Source: Eledone cirrhosa (lineage: Eukaryota). Taken from it: 64,000 bases of DNA. This document shows, piece after piece, positions 15,693-31,045 of the stretch. The notes under the pieces are model-generated. The model had not been told where the DNA came from and did no database searches. It worked only from the letters and a program-made list of their open reading frames with translations. Every line of letters begins with the position of its first letter. The stretch's first letter is position 1. The stretch lies in NCBI GenBank assembly GCA_964016885.1, contig OZ024743.1, positions 59,644,001 to 59,708,000 on the forward strand, given 5' to 3'. A program made the translations under genes and the position numbers.

Positions 15693-17700
15693 GATAGTTG
15701 AGACTATGGTCACCTAGGTCAGTGATCCCAGACATTTCATCATGCGTATCGGCGACCAGGTCCATAAGTGCTCATCTTCTTTGGCAAAATTGTCCCAGCC
15801 GCTCTGCATCCTATAATCGGACATCGAGCCTCTGGGTGTATCCCTTGATGACACCCAGCCATCTTGTGAAGGGCCTGCCTCGGAGCGTGTTCCAGTCTGT
15901 AGCTGCTGCGTCGAAGAAGTTTAAGGCTCTGGTAGGATGATCTGGCCGCAAGCAGAGGACATATTCATACCACCGCATGCAACCGGTGGTTATGAGGCGG
16001 GAGGCTGTGGGCTGATGAACGCCATCTGATGTTTTCGATGATCTTTAGTTCATGTTTCTGCTCAATAGAGGAGAAAAGAGGACCGAGGCGTTGTAGTTAC
16101 GATGCTTCGTCTTCCGGGAATTAGAGTAGTGGTGCCAAATGGGCTTCCATCGGGAGTGCATGACGCCGTCGGCCATAACTTATATAAGATTGATCTACTG
16201 GGTCAGGTCTTTTGTTGGTGACTGTCAAGTCCAGATAAATAAACGAACTGACAGACGGTACGATGTCGAGGCCATTATGAAGCGGGGAAAGATCCGGGCC
16301 TTCCTTAAAATGTATAAAATTGATATTCGCCCAACGCACATGAAGGCCAAACTTTACTGATATCCCCCGGCATCTCTGAACTGATCGATCGAGTTGCTAA
16401 ATATGGCAATGCAGTCCCCGGACACCAGCTGGATATCGAGGTATTCCTGAAGGAAATCGCAGAAAAACGCTCACAGACCTTCCTCATTAGATAGGCGTTG
16501 ACACAGTTGAACAGAGCGTGGTTAGCAACAACGCCCTGTCTGTCCAGGCCATTAATGAAATGAGTCCTTCCAGTATATCCGCAAATAACTCTCGGTACTG
16601 TTATTGAATTTGGAGAGGGTGCTGACTTAGGAGGCACGACAATAAACTTGAGAATTTTCCAGAGAGTAACTGTGGTCAAACGTGTCGAAATCTGCCTTTA
16701 CGTCAACGAAGGTGACGTAGAGGCGGCGATCTCTGCGGAACTCCTGAGATTTTTCAAAAATAGAACGGAACACAGAAATGAGGTCGGCAGTACACGATTT
16801 GGCTGGAATCCGATTTGTTTTAAGCGGCATCTGCTTCTAATGGAGGAAAGAGCATTGGTGGAAAGGGTTTACGGGAAGAGTTCGCTAGGGATGGAGAAGA
16901 GGGGGAGCACCTCTGGATGCTATATTCATATCATCGCCCTTTCATATCCAGAAGTGGAGGATGATGCTCCGGCTCCAGTAATTTGGGTACCGGTCTAACA
17001 CCTATACATGGTTTATGATGCGGGTGAACCACTGGATCATGTGATATCCGCCGCCTTCAACAGCACCACGGTGATACGGCAGATTCGATGAGTTTTGATG
17101 TTGTTGAGCTTCTTCTGGATGACTCTGATTTCATCGGGGCACGTGATCTAGCTTACAAGTTCGTTGGCTGCAGCTGTTTTGCGGTGATAATTAGGCAGGA
17201 ATCGATTGGAATGCATATGAACGGTTATGAAGAAGGTATGTGGTTTCTGTGGTGATGGTCTTTCTACAAGTAACGTTCAATGGACTGTCTTGATACGAAG
17301 AGCGTATACTGAGTGTGTTAAAATCCTGACTGAGGTAGGTGATCCTTGCCGATATCACCAGGCGCTCGGCTTCATCCGTTCATAGCCGTTTAGTGTCTCC
17401 TGTTAAGCCGGTGATACTCATTTGACAGGTTGACTCTTGATTTAAATATCTCCCAGTTGTCAGTTTTGTCCTCGGCGATGATTCGGAAGCAATTGGCGAT
17501 GGAACACGCAAATGTAGAGGCGATGTTGGATTAACGGGGACAGGATGACGCTGGGACTTGGTGGTAGAGTCCGCTCGGAACCTCAACTCCTGTGTCACAT
17601 CCAGCTTCCGAAGATCAGTATTGTCGAGATTACTTCTCTGTGGACCCGGAATTTGGAGAGGTTGATTTGGGGGGGTTGTCCTCCGAGTGTAGTCGTCTGA
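15693..17700 (-). mobile_element. Decayed RTE-like non-LTR retrotransposon
   Basis: Minus-strand RT remnants CTADLISVFRSIFEKSQEF..LYVTFVDVKADFD and LWKIL. Many stops and frameshifts. 5' boundary approximate. Confidence 0.7.
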
Positions 17701-18499
17701 ACTGCACCGAGTTAAAATTCGCACTCGGCTATATAGTTTAAGTGTTGTTTTAGTTGACAAAATTGACACCAGTTCTTGAGTATTTTATTTTCTCTACCAT
17801 AGAAGAATGAAAATAAAGCTTTCTTCGTGCAACTTGAACTTTGAATGAAACAGACGTTAGCCATTTTGTCTTACGCTCAAACATATTTGCCGTCCAATCC
17901 CTTATACTAAATCCATAATTTCTAATGCAGTTTCTCATCTTTCTTTTTTTTAACAAGTTTTTTAAAGAGAGTTTATTATATATATATTTTTTTTTTGCTG
18001 GTTTTAGAAATTAGACTTCGATCACCCTGCGTTACCACATTTTTGAAAGTTCAGTTAACAGTATAGAAGATGAATAGCTCTTGCAAAAGATACATTCTCA
18101 AGACTCCGGTCCATTTCTGTCAATTGCAATCTCTCAATCGGAATTAAAATTCGTTTACTGAAGACATTTGCATGATCAACGACTCATTGCGGTTGCGAAT
18201 CGTGAACTGTCGCGAATCAGACATGGAGATACCTCGTGTCTACCGAGATAGATTTCTATCGCAGAATACTCAGGATCTCGTACGTCGACCGAAGAAATAA
18301 TTGTTTCTACTTTTGGAAGAGGTTTTGAGTACGGATAGAACGTGAGATGCTGCTGACTAATAAAAACAGTCAACTAATGTTCTTAAGACATACTATCAGG
18401 AAAGGCATGCTGGAAGACCTTTCCATTAGCAGAGGAATTCATGTGAAGCGTGCCAGAGTTCGTCAACGAGGTTGTTTTTGTAAATGTCATCATCAAAGA

Positions 18500-18890
18500 C
18501 GCAGATCGACCTAGATCGAATAGCGTGGAAAGTCATGGTTCGTCAAGCACTAATACAGGTTTGGCACAAAAAGATATATCATCCTAGTACTCATTCGTTC
18601 AAGTCAGGTGCATAGTTTATCGATTAGATTTTGAGGAACAACTAAGATATATGACATACATCATACACACACATATGCATAGACATACACGCACAAACTA
18701 ACGCTCCACATATATGTGTGTGTGTTTGACTATCTATATACGACAGGAATTCTTTCTCTTTTCATATGACTAACAATTTACGGTTATAAAAGGGGAAATG
18801 TTCAAATCGAAATGTGCCACACAATGGGACTGAAAACGAAACTTGTTTGCGAATAAAACACATTAACTACTCTACGATACTTGTGCCTAT
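18500..18890 (-). mobile_element. Highly decayed SINE of a second family
   Basis: Minus strand ataggcacaag..ttcagtcccattgtgtggcac..gaaagaattcctgtcgtatata followed by a (TG)-rich segment. Resembles a tRNA-headed SINE I recall from octopus genomes. Confidence 0.35.
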
Positions 18891-19186
18891 GAGGTATGGG
18901 TTTTGCTTCTAGTACTATATTCTTTCATGTTATTTTCTTATTCAATAATTATAACTACACTTATATTAAGGATTACGTTCAAATCCTAAAAGCAAGTTAA
19001 TGAGATTATATATTAATCCTTCTAGCAGGTAAGCATTAGAGAACATATTTCTTTTTTAATCCATTCTCCCCTATCATTGATCTATTTTTGGAATCACAAA
19101 ATGGATATTGAAATTTGTTCACGGAAAGTCTAAATGCAACTGATTTTGTTAAGAACATACTTATTTACTTATTCCATAGGTCTCCA

Positions 19187-20345
<1,159 letters not shown>

Positions 20346-20427
20346 GTTATTCCGGGTTGAGTCGGAGGTAACCACAGTAAGTAAGGTACTCAATACATTG
20401 CAGAGTATAAACATTTTAATATAGATG

Positions 20428-20478
20428 AGATTCTACAGGACTAGAACTGTTTCATTCTTTAGAAATCATCAGGAATCT
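20428..20478 (-). ncRNA. Type-I hammerhead ribozyme motif
   Basis: AGATTC-CTGATGA-tTTCTaaAGAAt-GAAA-CAGttctagtcCTG-TA-GAATCT: canonical core, 6-bp stem I, paired stem III, GUA triplet. Confidence 0.8.
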
Positions 20479-21012
20479 GGGTATCAAAAAATAAGTATGG
20501 TATTTATACAAGTGGTAGGGGAGGGTGGGGAGTGGGATGGGTGTAGGTCATTGGTTGATAGAAAAGGGAATTCATTAAAAGCTAATTCTACAAAGCTATA
20601 GTTTATTTTTATTTATTTTTGTTTTAGAGTAACAAAGGCAGACAGAATTCTATAAACAGGTTCAGGATGGCATGCCAGTCCTTATTATTAAGTTTCTCTT
20701 AAGCTAACAGGTGTCTATAAGATCAGTGGTGGGTCAGTCATGGTAGATAGATTTAAAGGAAAGGGAGATTCTTTAAAAGCTAAATTCATTAAGGTTCTAC
20801 TAAGTGACAAAGGTTTAGAGAATTATGTAGACAAATTCAAAATATTGAGTGCATATCATACAATTATCCTCAAATTTCTCATAAACTATTCAACTATATG
20901 CCAAAAATCAACAGACACATTCACAAAACACACTCACTCACACACTCACGCGCACCCATAAACACACATACACATATACACACATATACACAGACACACA
21001 TATAAATATATT

Positions 21013-21064
<52 letters not shown>

Positions 21065-21091
21065 CACACACATACATACACACACACACAT

Positions 21092-21122
<31 letters not shown>

Positions 21123-21147
21123 AATATACATATATACACATACATAT

Positions 21148-21214
<67 letters not shown>

Positions 21215-21282
21215 TACACCATACATACATATATTCATATATATACATACATATACATACATATACTCATATACATACATAT

Positions 21283-21337
<55 letters not shown>

Positions 21338-21342
21338 TACAT

Positions 21343-21391
<49 letters not shown>

Positions 21392-21544
21392 TACACACAC
21401 ACATACACAAACATACTTATATATATATATATATATACACACACATACACACACTCACACACACATACAAATATAAATACATACATACACATGCATATAT
21501 ACATATACACACATATATACACATATATACACATATATACACAC

Positions 21545-21627
<83 letters not shown>

Positions 21628-21678
21628 CACACACACACACACATACACACACACACATACACGCACACACATCCACAT

Positions 21679-21721
<43 letters not shown>

Positions 21722-21895
21722 GATGCGCGTACGCAGACGCGTGCGTGCGCGTGCGTGCATGTGTGTGTGTGTGTGTGCACATACACATATAAAATACACA
21801 CACACACACATATACACATATACACACATACACACATATACATATATATATATGTGTATATATATACACACACATACACATATATATATACACAT

Positions 21896-21938
<43 letters not shown>

Positions 21939-21946
<8 letters not shown>

Positions 21947-22098
21947 AAGAATCAAAGAACTGTTCAAAACATTATTGTGCTTACAGCTGTTTCCTCCAAA
22001 CCGAGGTTTGGTTTCTTCGGAGCAATTTATTAATGCATGGACAGTTATATGACCTCCTTTTCAGCCGAGAGACATACCAATACATATTCAAACATTGA
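21939..22098 (-). mobile_element. Solo terminal fragment of the family at 9500-9653
   Basis: Reverse-complement match including the variant hammerhead. Adjoins (AT)n. Confidence 0.75.
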
Positions 22099-22143
22099 TA
22101 CATATATCATAAATAGTATAACTAATACTATATATATATATAG

Positions 22144-22182
<39 letters not shown>

Positions 22183-22226
22183 AAAATATATACACACATA
22201 TACACATATACACACACACACATACA

Positions 22227-22286
<60 letters not shown>

Positions 22287-22293
22287 TACATAC

Positions 22294-22332
<39 letters not shown>

Positions 22333-22335
<3 letters not shown>

Positions 22336-22490
22336 AATATTAAATAAATGGAAACTATATTTATAAAACTATTTATAAAAATAGTTTCCATTTATTTAAT
22401 ATTGTAAATATACTCCAAATATTTGTCGAGTGCTTTTATATCAGTTATATATATTTACTAGTTGTAACCCAACAATTTAAATATAACTTT

Positions 22491-22493
<3 letters not shown>
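22333..22493 (+). mobile_element. Short palindromic terminal fragment of the PLE at 25460-28125
   Basis: tacaatattaaataaatggaaactat is identical to 25460-25485 and is mirrored at 22381-22406. Tail has GTCGAGTGC. (AT)n flanks. Confidence 0.7.
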
Positions 22494-22531
<38 letters not shown>

Positions 22532-22615
22532 CATACACACATACATACACACATACATACACATATACATACACATATACACGACGGTTGGAAGGCCACT
22601 GATGAGGACAAACTT

Positions 22616-22660
<45 letters not shown>

Positions 22661-22731
22661 CATACATATACATATATATATATATACACACATACATACA
22701 CACATGCATACACACTTATTTTTTGATACCC

Positions 22732-22782
22732 AGATTCCTGATGATTTCTAAAGAATGAAACAGTTCTAGTCCTGTAGAATCT
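22732..22782 (+). ncRNA. Type-I hammerhead motif (inverted copy of 20428-20478)
   Basis: agattcctgatgatttctaaagaatgaaacagttctagtcctgtagaatct. Confidence 0.8.
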
Positions 22783-22936
22783 CATCTATATTAAAACTAT
22801 ATATATATATATATATATCCATATACATATACACACAGATATATATATATATATATATATTGCTGAAAATGGAAAGAAAATGGTGACAAATTTTTCCCAG
22901 TGAAAAATAGTTCATTAGGAATAAGTATAAATTAGT

Positions 22937-23118
22937 AATTATTTCTACTTTTGGCACAAGGCCAGCAATTATCCCAGTGTAATACTGGTACTTTATTTTA
23001 TCGACGCCGTAAGGATGAAAGGCAAAGTTAACCTCGGTGGGATTCGAACTCAGATCATAAAGGGAGGTTACTCTATGCTTCAAAGCATGGCGCCCGACCC
23101 TCTACCGATACTGCCAAT
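22937..23118 (-). mobile_element. tRNA-derived SINE
   Basis: Reverse complement of the 5454 family. Lies between inverted repeats at 22866-22940 and 23163-23238. Confidence 0.88.
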
Positions 23119-23668
23119 ATAGTTAGTATTTAGTTTTTACCAGTTGCGCATTTCTTATGCTTATTACTAATTTATACTTATTCCTAATTAAAATATTTTT
23201 CACTAGGAAAAATTTGTCAGTATTTTCTTTTCCTTTTTATTAATATATCACAACTCGTGTGTCAGACCTCTATTTTTTTAAAAATATATATATATGTGTG
23301 TGTGTGAGCGTGTGCTAATCAGGTGTACTCTTCAAAATTAATTTATGTTTCATTGAGAAATCTGATTCCATTTCCGGATATTTTACGACATGACTGATTT
23401 CTGCAATCATTTTAAACAATCAAACAACCATACATGTAATAGTTCTTCAGCAGTGATTTCACATATCTGGAGGTAGCATTGATGGCTCACTTCTAAAATG
23501 TGGTCTCAGATTATTTATAAACGGAAAGACAAGAACAGACGACTGTTACTTGAGACGTCATATATAGACACCAACTATCTAAGCTAACGCTGCTGTGAAT
23601 TATTACGTCGTATTCGTCCGCAGAATCCACCGTATACACACACAGACACACACTAGTATATATATATA

Positions 23669-24253
23669 CTAGCAGATTTACCCGGCGTTGCTCGGGGTTT
23701 GAAATTATTCTAAGAATATACAGCTAGGAAGTAAAAGAAGAACATTATTTGTCACCAACCTGTCAAAATAAGTAGAAGTTTTCAATAACAAACCATCATC
23801 AATATCTCGTCAATTCGAGACTGCTGCGAGATTAGGCCCTTAACGCGAATATTAATACTTAATATAGTGAACAAGCTAAAAGAACAAGTGTTTTTTTAAC
23901 TTTGAAAGTGCATCAAAGAATAAACAAGAAACAAACGATAATATTAGTGATTTATCTTCAAATGAATGTGATGTTTATATTTCTGAAAAGTTGGTTATCT
24001 CCCTTTTTTATAAGGATTGTCAATAAAGTTGGTTATCTCCCTTACATCAATTTTGCTACCGATAATTTTGACATCGATTTCTTATTGCTCAACGTGGGTC
24101 GATTTGAAAAATACTTGTGATGAGACAATCTTAGCGACATGTGCATCGCGCACAGAAAATTTGGTCAAATTCAGTTGGTAATTGTAAAAGCCTTAAGTAT
24201 GCAAAGTTGTACACATACACACACATATCCTCGCTTTTATGTATATATACAGA
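23669..24253 (-). mobile_element. Non-autonomous Helitron-like element
   Basis: Minus strand starts A|TC and ends CTAG|T. GC-rich subterminal hairpin cccggcgttgctcggg (23681-23696) about 12 nt from the end. Short (AC) tract near the 5' end. Confidence 0.65.
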
Positions 24254-24279
24254 TATATATATATATATATATATATATA

Positions 24280-24349
<70 letters not shown>

Positions 24350-24539
24350 TCATTCAATAGCTAATTTGTATAGGAAGAGTTATCAGAAGTAAAGCAAACG
24401 ACACAATACACTGAAGAAACGTGTGAGTTTAACGCTTGAAATAACAGGTAATGAATTCAAACGCTCCGGACACTAGTGTTCTGTTAGAAGATATAATTAA
24501 AAATACAAGATAAAATAGAAATATAAAGACTGATAAGTG

Positions 24540-25270
24540 TGGGGCCGAGTAAATGTTAGGAATCATTTAACACCACGTGTGTCACGGCCAAAGTAATGAG
24601 AGCTACGTGAACACAGACACCCGTACAAGAAATAGAAGCACATATTCACCCTCAACAACGAGGCCTGAAATGTGTCTGTCGAGCGCATTCTCATTCCTAA
24701 TGCTACATCAGAGCTACGCTGGTAAACCTCTTAGGTGATTGAGAGCCCTTTGAGGGTCAGAACGGTCATGATGGAATATAATGAAAGTGATAGGGTAAAA
24801 TATAGAGCTATTGATAGCTTGGAGTGTTGTCAGCTAATAAAGGATGATACAAATTGGTGGTTGAAGCTGGCCGAGGGCCTCAGTCTTATAGATGTCTGCG
24901 TGCCACACGACTACCGCACCACCTTTATCGTCGGGTTTGGTGACAATGATATCCAGACGCCGTAGGCTGGGAAGTACCGAGAGGTCAGACTGAGTAGGTT
25001 TTGTGCGACGAGAAAGCTTGTTTTAAATTGAACCAGTCCAAAGTACGTCGGCAAGAATCCAGAAAGGAATCGAGGTACTGAACTGGCTAGAGATTGACAA
25101 CTAGTGAGGTTGTCGGCGACTGCGACTTGTGAAACAGGCCGTGTAGGTCCATGATTATCTGTCGTGCAAAACAACTTTGAGCTTTAGTCGACGAAAGATC
25201 TGTTCACATGGTGAGGAGGGAGCGCTCAGCTTGGGAGAGTGTTATTTTCTGGGGTAGGGTGACCATAGTA
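24540..25270 (-). pseudogene. Internally deleted PLE remnant
   Basis: Minus strand 24870-25010 translates LRRLDIIVTKPDDKGGAVVVWHADIYKTEALGQL, matching the pre-RT IKPADKG motif of PLEs. Not present in the ORF track. Boundaries approximate. Confidence 0.65.
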
Positions 25271-25310
25271 GAGAAAATGTCATATATATATATATATAGC
25301 CATGTATATA

Positions 25311-25381
<71 letters not shown>

Positions 25382-25430
25382 GTATATATATATATATACA
25401 TGTATATATATATATATTTATGTATATATA

Positions 25431-25461
<31 letters not shown>

Positions 25462-25502
25462 CAATATTAAATAAATGGAAACTATATTTATAAAACCATA
25501 TT

Positions 25503-25568
25503 TATTTCATTATATATATTTCAGGGATAACATATTAACAATATGCTATGCCTTCCTCAGACAAAATA
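25503..25568 (-). ncRNA. Type-I hammerhead motif at the PLE 3' end
   Basis: TATTTTGT-CTGAGGA-AGGcATAGCATATTgttAATATGTTATcCCT-GAAA-TATATA-TA-ATGAAATA: long stem II, 8-bp stem I with G-U pairs. Confidence 0.7.
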
Positions 25569-26967
25569 CAATATAAACAGTTTTATAGATAAATAGATTC
25601 GACATACCGTAACAACATCTACTTGCATTTGAGAAGGTTGATTTGGGTGTGACAAAATTGTACACAGAGAGAAAGAAAGAGAGATAGAAAGAGAGAAAAA
25701 GAGAGAAAAAAGGAAAGAAAGACAGAAAACGAAGAAAAAGAAAAAGAAGAAATGCATGGAACAAAATAGAGAGATGGAAAGATAGATAAAGAGAAGAACT
25801 TCATGTAAAGAAACAGAGAGATATATATATATATAGAGAGAGAGGAAATAGAGATAGATACATATATAGAAAGCTAGGTAGTGGGACGACTGTTGAATAA
25901 CGTATCAATGATACATTTATTTATTTATTTATTTATTTAGCTCTAGTATTAATGTAAGGGAAATATATGGAGGGAAAACCAGCTGTTATATAGGGAGAGA
26001 AAAAATATAGAGAGAGAAAAAAGAGAGAGAGAAAATTCAAAAATATCCAGACACAGGCGAGGCGTAACAACCTCTGTTTTAATGTAGAGGTATTAGTATT
26101 TACAAAACCAGCCTCTGCATTGCAAATATCAGTATTCCTGAATGAGATATGTATCCACAGTGTGTGAAAATTAATGATCTTATGTTTAGTTTTTTAAAAA
26201 ATTCATATGTTTATGTGATAATTACAAACATCTATGTGAATGTACATGATCAATTCTGCAAACCCTAAGTTCACGGAAAGTATTCTCAATGCGGTATAAA
26301 AATTTAAATATACATATATGTGTATATAGAGTCAATATTACTATTTCTGTCTCTACTCTACAAGATTATCTATCAAGCAAAGATAGAGCAGATTTCAATA
26401 TACTAATAAAAATAAAAATAAAAATAAAAATAAAAATATATCGGAAACAAAACTAAACTAAAAATAACAATAATAATAATAAGTAATAATAAAATAGAAA
26501 ACTAAGAAATATTACGAAATAATATTACATATTAAAAATATTACATATTAAAAAATTTACATATTAAAAATATTAAAAATAAAAATTAGGAAATACTACA
26601 GTAATAAAAATAAAATAAACCACAAAGATCAACCCTTCAAAATTAATTGACAATATATTGCCAAGTTCATTATAAACATCAGAGTCGAAAAACAGATAAA
26701 GCCAAAAATTATCTATCAAATCGCATCTAGCAAAGATCATTTCAAAAAGTATAGGATGCCCAATTTGGTCTACATGTGTTCTTATATTTAATATAGAAGT
26801 TTATCTAGTGTAACGTTTATTCGAAATATTTGGAGCATCAACTTTTAGGGTAGCTTAATTTTTCATGAAGAATGTTTAAATAAATAAAATAAAAATAAAA
26901 AGAGTAAAAAGAGAATCAAAGATTTATCGGCTAGTTTCCCATATAATTATAAATCAAACTAAATATA

Positions 26968-28121
26968 CTACATTTTAAATTTAAATTTATATTCAAACGT
27001 TGAGTTTAATCTATGTTTGCAACAGCTGAATAAATTTGTCCGTAGATTAAGGGAATATTTAGATTTTAGTATAAAGAATATCTCCTCTGCGCAGAGGTCA
27101 CATGTCTCAGAGGATGAATTAAAAGGAATCCCTCTTGAGACTATATTCCAAGCCGTCGAATATCTAACGTTATCTAGCTTAAGTTGCCATAGTACGCCTG
27201 ATAGTGCCGTTGAAGATTTTTTACTTGGATCTGTGAAAGAATTCTTGTGGTTATTATAGCGAAGTTTAAATTCCGTCGATGTGGAACCGACGTAGTTAAA
27301 AGAATTAGAGTTAGTATTAACATTACAATTGTATACTATATTTTTAACTAAGCAGTTGTTATTTAACGGACATTTAGATCTATCTCTACAGTTACATTTG
27401 TTAACTTGTATATTATTTATGCTGTTATCACTAGGTTTTAAGTTTCTATTATTTATTCTATTGATATTTTGTGCTAAATTTTTGGTGGATGAGTAGTTTA
27501 ATTTAATTGTATGTCTATTGAAAATTGAGTGATATCTATGTGTTCTAGGGAAGCGATTATCAAGAGCTTTAAAAAATAGTTTAGCGATGTGGGTTTTAAT
27601 GTTTAGTGAGAAAGGGGGGGGCAAACCAAATTATGTTCCTAGTTCTATTTCTTTTTTGGCCTTTGGAATTATTGTAATGCTTTCTATTATAGTTGTTAAG
27701 GATGTTGCCGTAATTAAAAAAGTTGTTACTTTGTTTAGTTTGTCTATCATTATCTATGTACACAATCTTATCAGCATATCCTGCTGTAGCTAATGCTTCA
27801 TTGTAGTATTGGGCTTTTTCGTCGAAAATCTTTCTATTCGACGAGATCCTAGAGATACGTTTTTGGACAGAGTTTACTATAGTGTTTTTGACGGATCTGG
27901 GGTGGTTAGAGTTAAAGTTTACATAGTTTAAGTTTTCATTCAACTTGTGAAAAGGATAGTGAAGACATGTGTTGAGATTTAATGTTATATCTAGGAAATT
28001 GACTATTCTATGGTTGTTTTCAATTTCTATTTTAAGATTAAAGTAATTAAAAAATTGCGTAATTTGTTTACATTTTCTATTTAGTTCAGAGTTATTATTA
28101 TCAATAAGTAAAAGCATGTCG

Positions 28122-28125
<4 letters not shown>
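26968..28125 (-). pseudogene. PLE ORF 3' half (RT thumb + GIY-YIG), same clade as 6101-8123
   Basis: Begins at RDDML, then VNFLDITL, HYPFHK, SNHP. Frameshift in the G-run at ~27615. Then PPFSLN..CNCRDRSKCPL..IVY..YVGSTSTEFKLRYNNH..CDLC. The element is inferred to extend to 25460. Confidence 0.9.
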
Positions 28126-28168
<43 letters not shown>

Positions 28169-28234
28169 TACATATATATATATATGTATTATATATATAT
28201 ATATATATATATATATTACATATATATATATATG

Positions 28235-28288
<54 letters not shown>

Positions 28289-28304
28289 CATATATATATA
28301 TATG

Positions 28305-28338
<34 letters not shown>

Positions 28339-28352
28339 CATATATATATATG

Positions 28353-28435
<83 letters not shown>

Positions 28436-28847
28436 TATATCTAACTCACTGTTTCTCCCCTTCTCACTTTCCCCCGTTCGCGACGTTAACAATTTTCCTT
28501 CTTTCTTACATCGGATTCATCTCGAAAGGTATATTTTCTAGTCGCTCATATATTCACCCAGCTTATACTGATAGAATAACTATGTAGCTTGTGTCTCTTC
28601 CTATCTTCGGTTAGCTTTCCTCTGTGCTGTTTACTTGTCTCACTCGCTTTACGCGTTTTAATTGTCCTAATAACCTATTTTAGTTATTATTGCGCCAACG
28701 TGAGGGAGATGATTTTTAATGCAATGAAATACCTATAACCGTTGGTAAATCACTGATGAGGGACTCATTTTATAACATGTTATCCATGTGCAACCCTGCA
28801 GTATTCTTCTCCCCATTTATTTTACATATATATATATATATATATAG

Positions 28848-29381
28848 TTTTGCGAGGTTTTTTATATGAAATCGTGTGTCGAAACAAATATTGTTATACT
28901 TGGGGAGGGTCATATTTGTGTAATATTGCCAGAATTAATAACAGAACACACTCACTGTTTGGTTGGTTTTCGCTTCTCGATGTCTTTTATATCGGTAATC
29001 TAACTTACTCGGTCCTCAATGTTGCCATTGACTGACCGACGGTCAAAAATAATACAGATACAATATAGACACAACCACATATATATAATTTATCATACTG
29101 AATAAAAATAGCGTAGACATACAACACAACAGGAGGAAAATATAACACCACTGACGATGTTGCAGATGTGCAACGAAAGATTTATGATAAACTATATATA
29201 TGTGTTTGTGTCTATATTGTATCTGTATTATTTTTGACCGTCGGTCAGTCAATGGCAACATTGAGGACCGAGTAAGTTAGATTACAGATATAAAAGACAG
29301 CGAGAAGCGAAAACCAACCAAACAGTGAGTGTGTTCTGTTATTAATTCTGGCAATATTACACAATTATGACCCTCCCCAAG

Positions 29382-29385
<4 letters not shown>
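28848..29385. mobile_element. Insert with ~180-bp inverted arms (28896-29075 / 29205-29385) between (AT)n tracts
   Basis: atacttggggagggtcat..ggtcaaaaataatacagatacaatatagacac is mirrored. A decayed hammerhead lies in the spacer (29146-29189: CTGACGA-tGTTGCAgatgTGCAAC-GAAA). A 40-bp end fragment recurs at 30613-30650. Confidence 0.8.
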
Positions 29386-30001
<616 letters not shown>

Positions 30002-30003
<2 letters not shown>

Positions 30004-30320
30004 AGAAAGATTTGAATGGATACAGTTTAGTTGAAAGGAATTTATTGACACGTGTTTCTATAACAGTTACATAACCTAAAACAGCTATCTACAAACTTTT
30101 AGTTATAACTAAAAGTTTGTAGATAGCTGTTTTAGGTTATGTAACTGTTATAGAAACACGTGTCAATAAATTCCTTTCAACTAAACTGTATCCATTCAAA
30201 TCTTTCTATTTTTCTCCGGATTACTTTTGGAACTACAACTGGAACCGTCGAGCAAACTCTACGTGAGCTGATAATCTACTGTATGTAATATTTATATTAC
30301 AACACAACGGAAAATACTGT
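30002..30320 (+). mobile_element. 208-bp perfect palindrome (30002-30209) plus 110-bp tail in (AT)n
   Basis: Centre gtta|taac at 30105/30106. Contains the 3' half of a hammerhead (GAAA-CACGTG-TC). Tail has GTCGAGC. Confidence 0.85.
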
Positions 30321-30327
30321 ATATATA

Positions 30328-30367
<40 letters not shown>

Positions 30368-30414
30368 CATACATATATAATATATATATACATATATATA
30401 TATATACATATATG

Positions 30415-30614
<200 letters not shown>

Positions 30615-30860
30615 CTTGGGGAGGGTCATAATTGTGTAATATTGCCAGAATATATATATATATATATATATGTCTGTGTGTCTGTGTTTCCGTCTAATTG
30701 AACTCAGAGCACGTTGGTAAGCCAACACCTAGCAAATTTATCACGCAGTATTCCTGAACAACAACGTTTCGCTAAAAGTAAATATATATTTCATATTAAT
30801 TGTTATGTACATGATTTTGTTCAATCCTCAAAGCATCCCCTTCTATTATTCCCTAACATT

Positions 30861-31045
30861 GGTGGATTGGCAGTATCGGTAGAGGGTCGGACGCCATGCT
30901 TTCAGCATAGTTACGTCCCTTTACGATCTGAGTTCAAATCCCGCCGAGGTTGACTTTGCCTTTCATCCTTACGGGGTCGATAAAATAAAGTACCAGTAAT
31001 GCACTGGGTAATTGCTGGCCTTGTGCCTAAAGTAGAAACAATTAT
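30861..31045 (+). mobile_element. tRNA-derived SINE
   Basis: ggtggattggcagtatcggtag..gagttcaaatcccgccgagg..ggccttgtgcctaaagtagaaacaattat. Confidence 0.9.

Larger units (their letters stand above)
20342..22797 (-). mobile_element. Non-coding PLE-type element with inverted partial terminal repeat (20414-20497 / 22714-22797) and nested inserts
   Basis: An ~84-bp hammerhead-containing segment is identical in opposite orientation at both ends. Extra tail with ATTGAGTAC at 20386-20394. The interior is CA/TA-rich with other inserts. Confidence 0.55.

Noticed and set aside
25256-25268. tagggtgacca resembling a hAT TIR
   Set aside because: No partner TIR or 8-bp TSD found.
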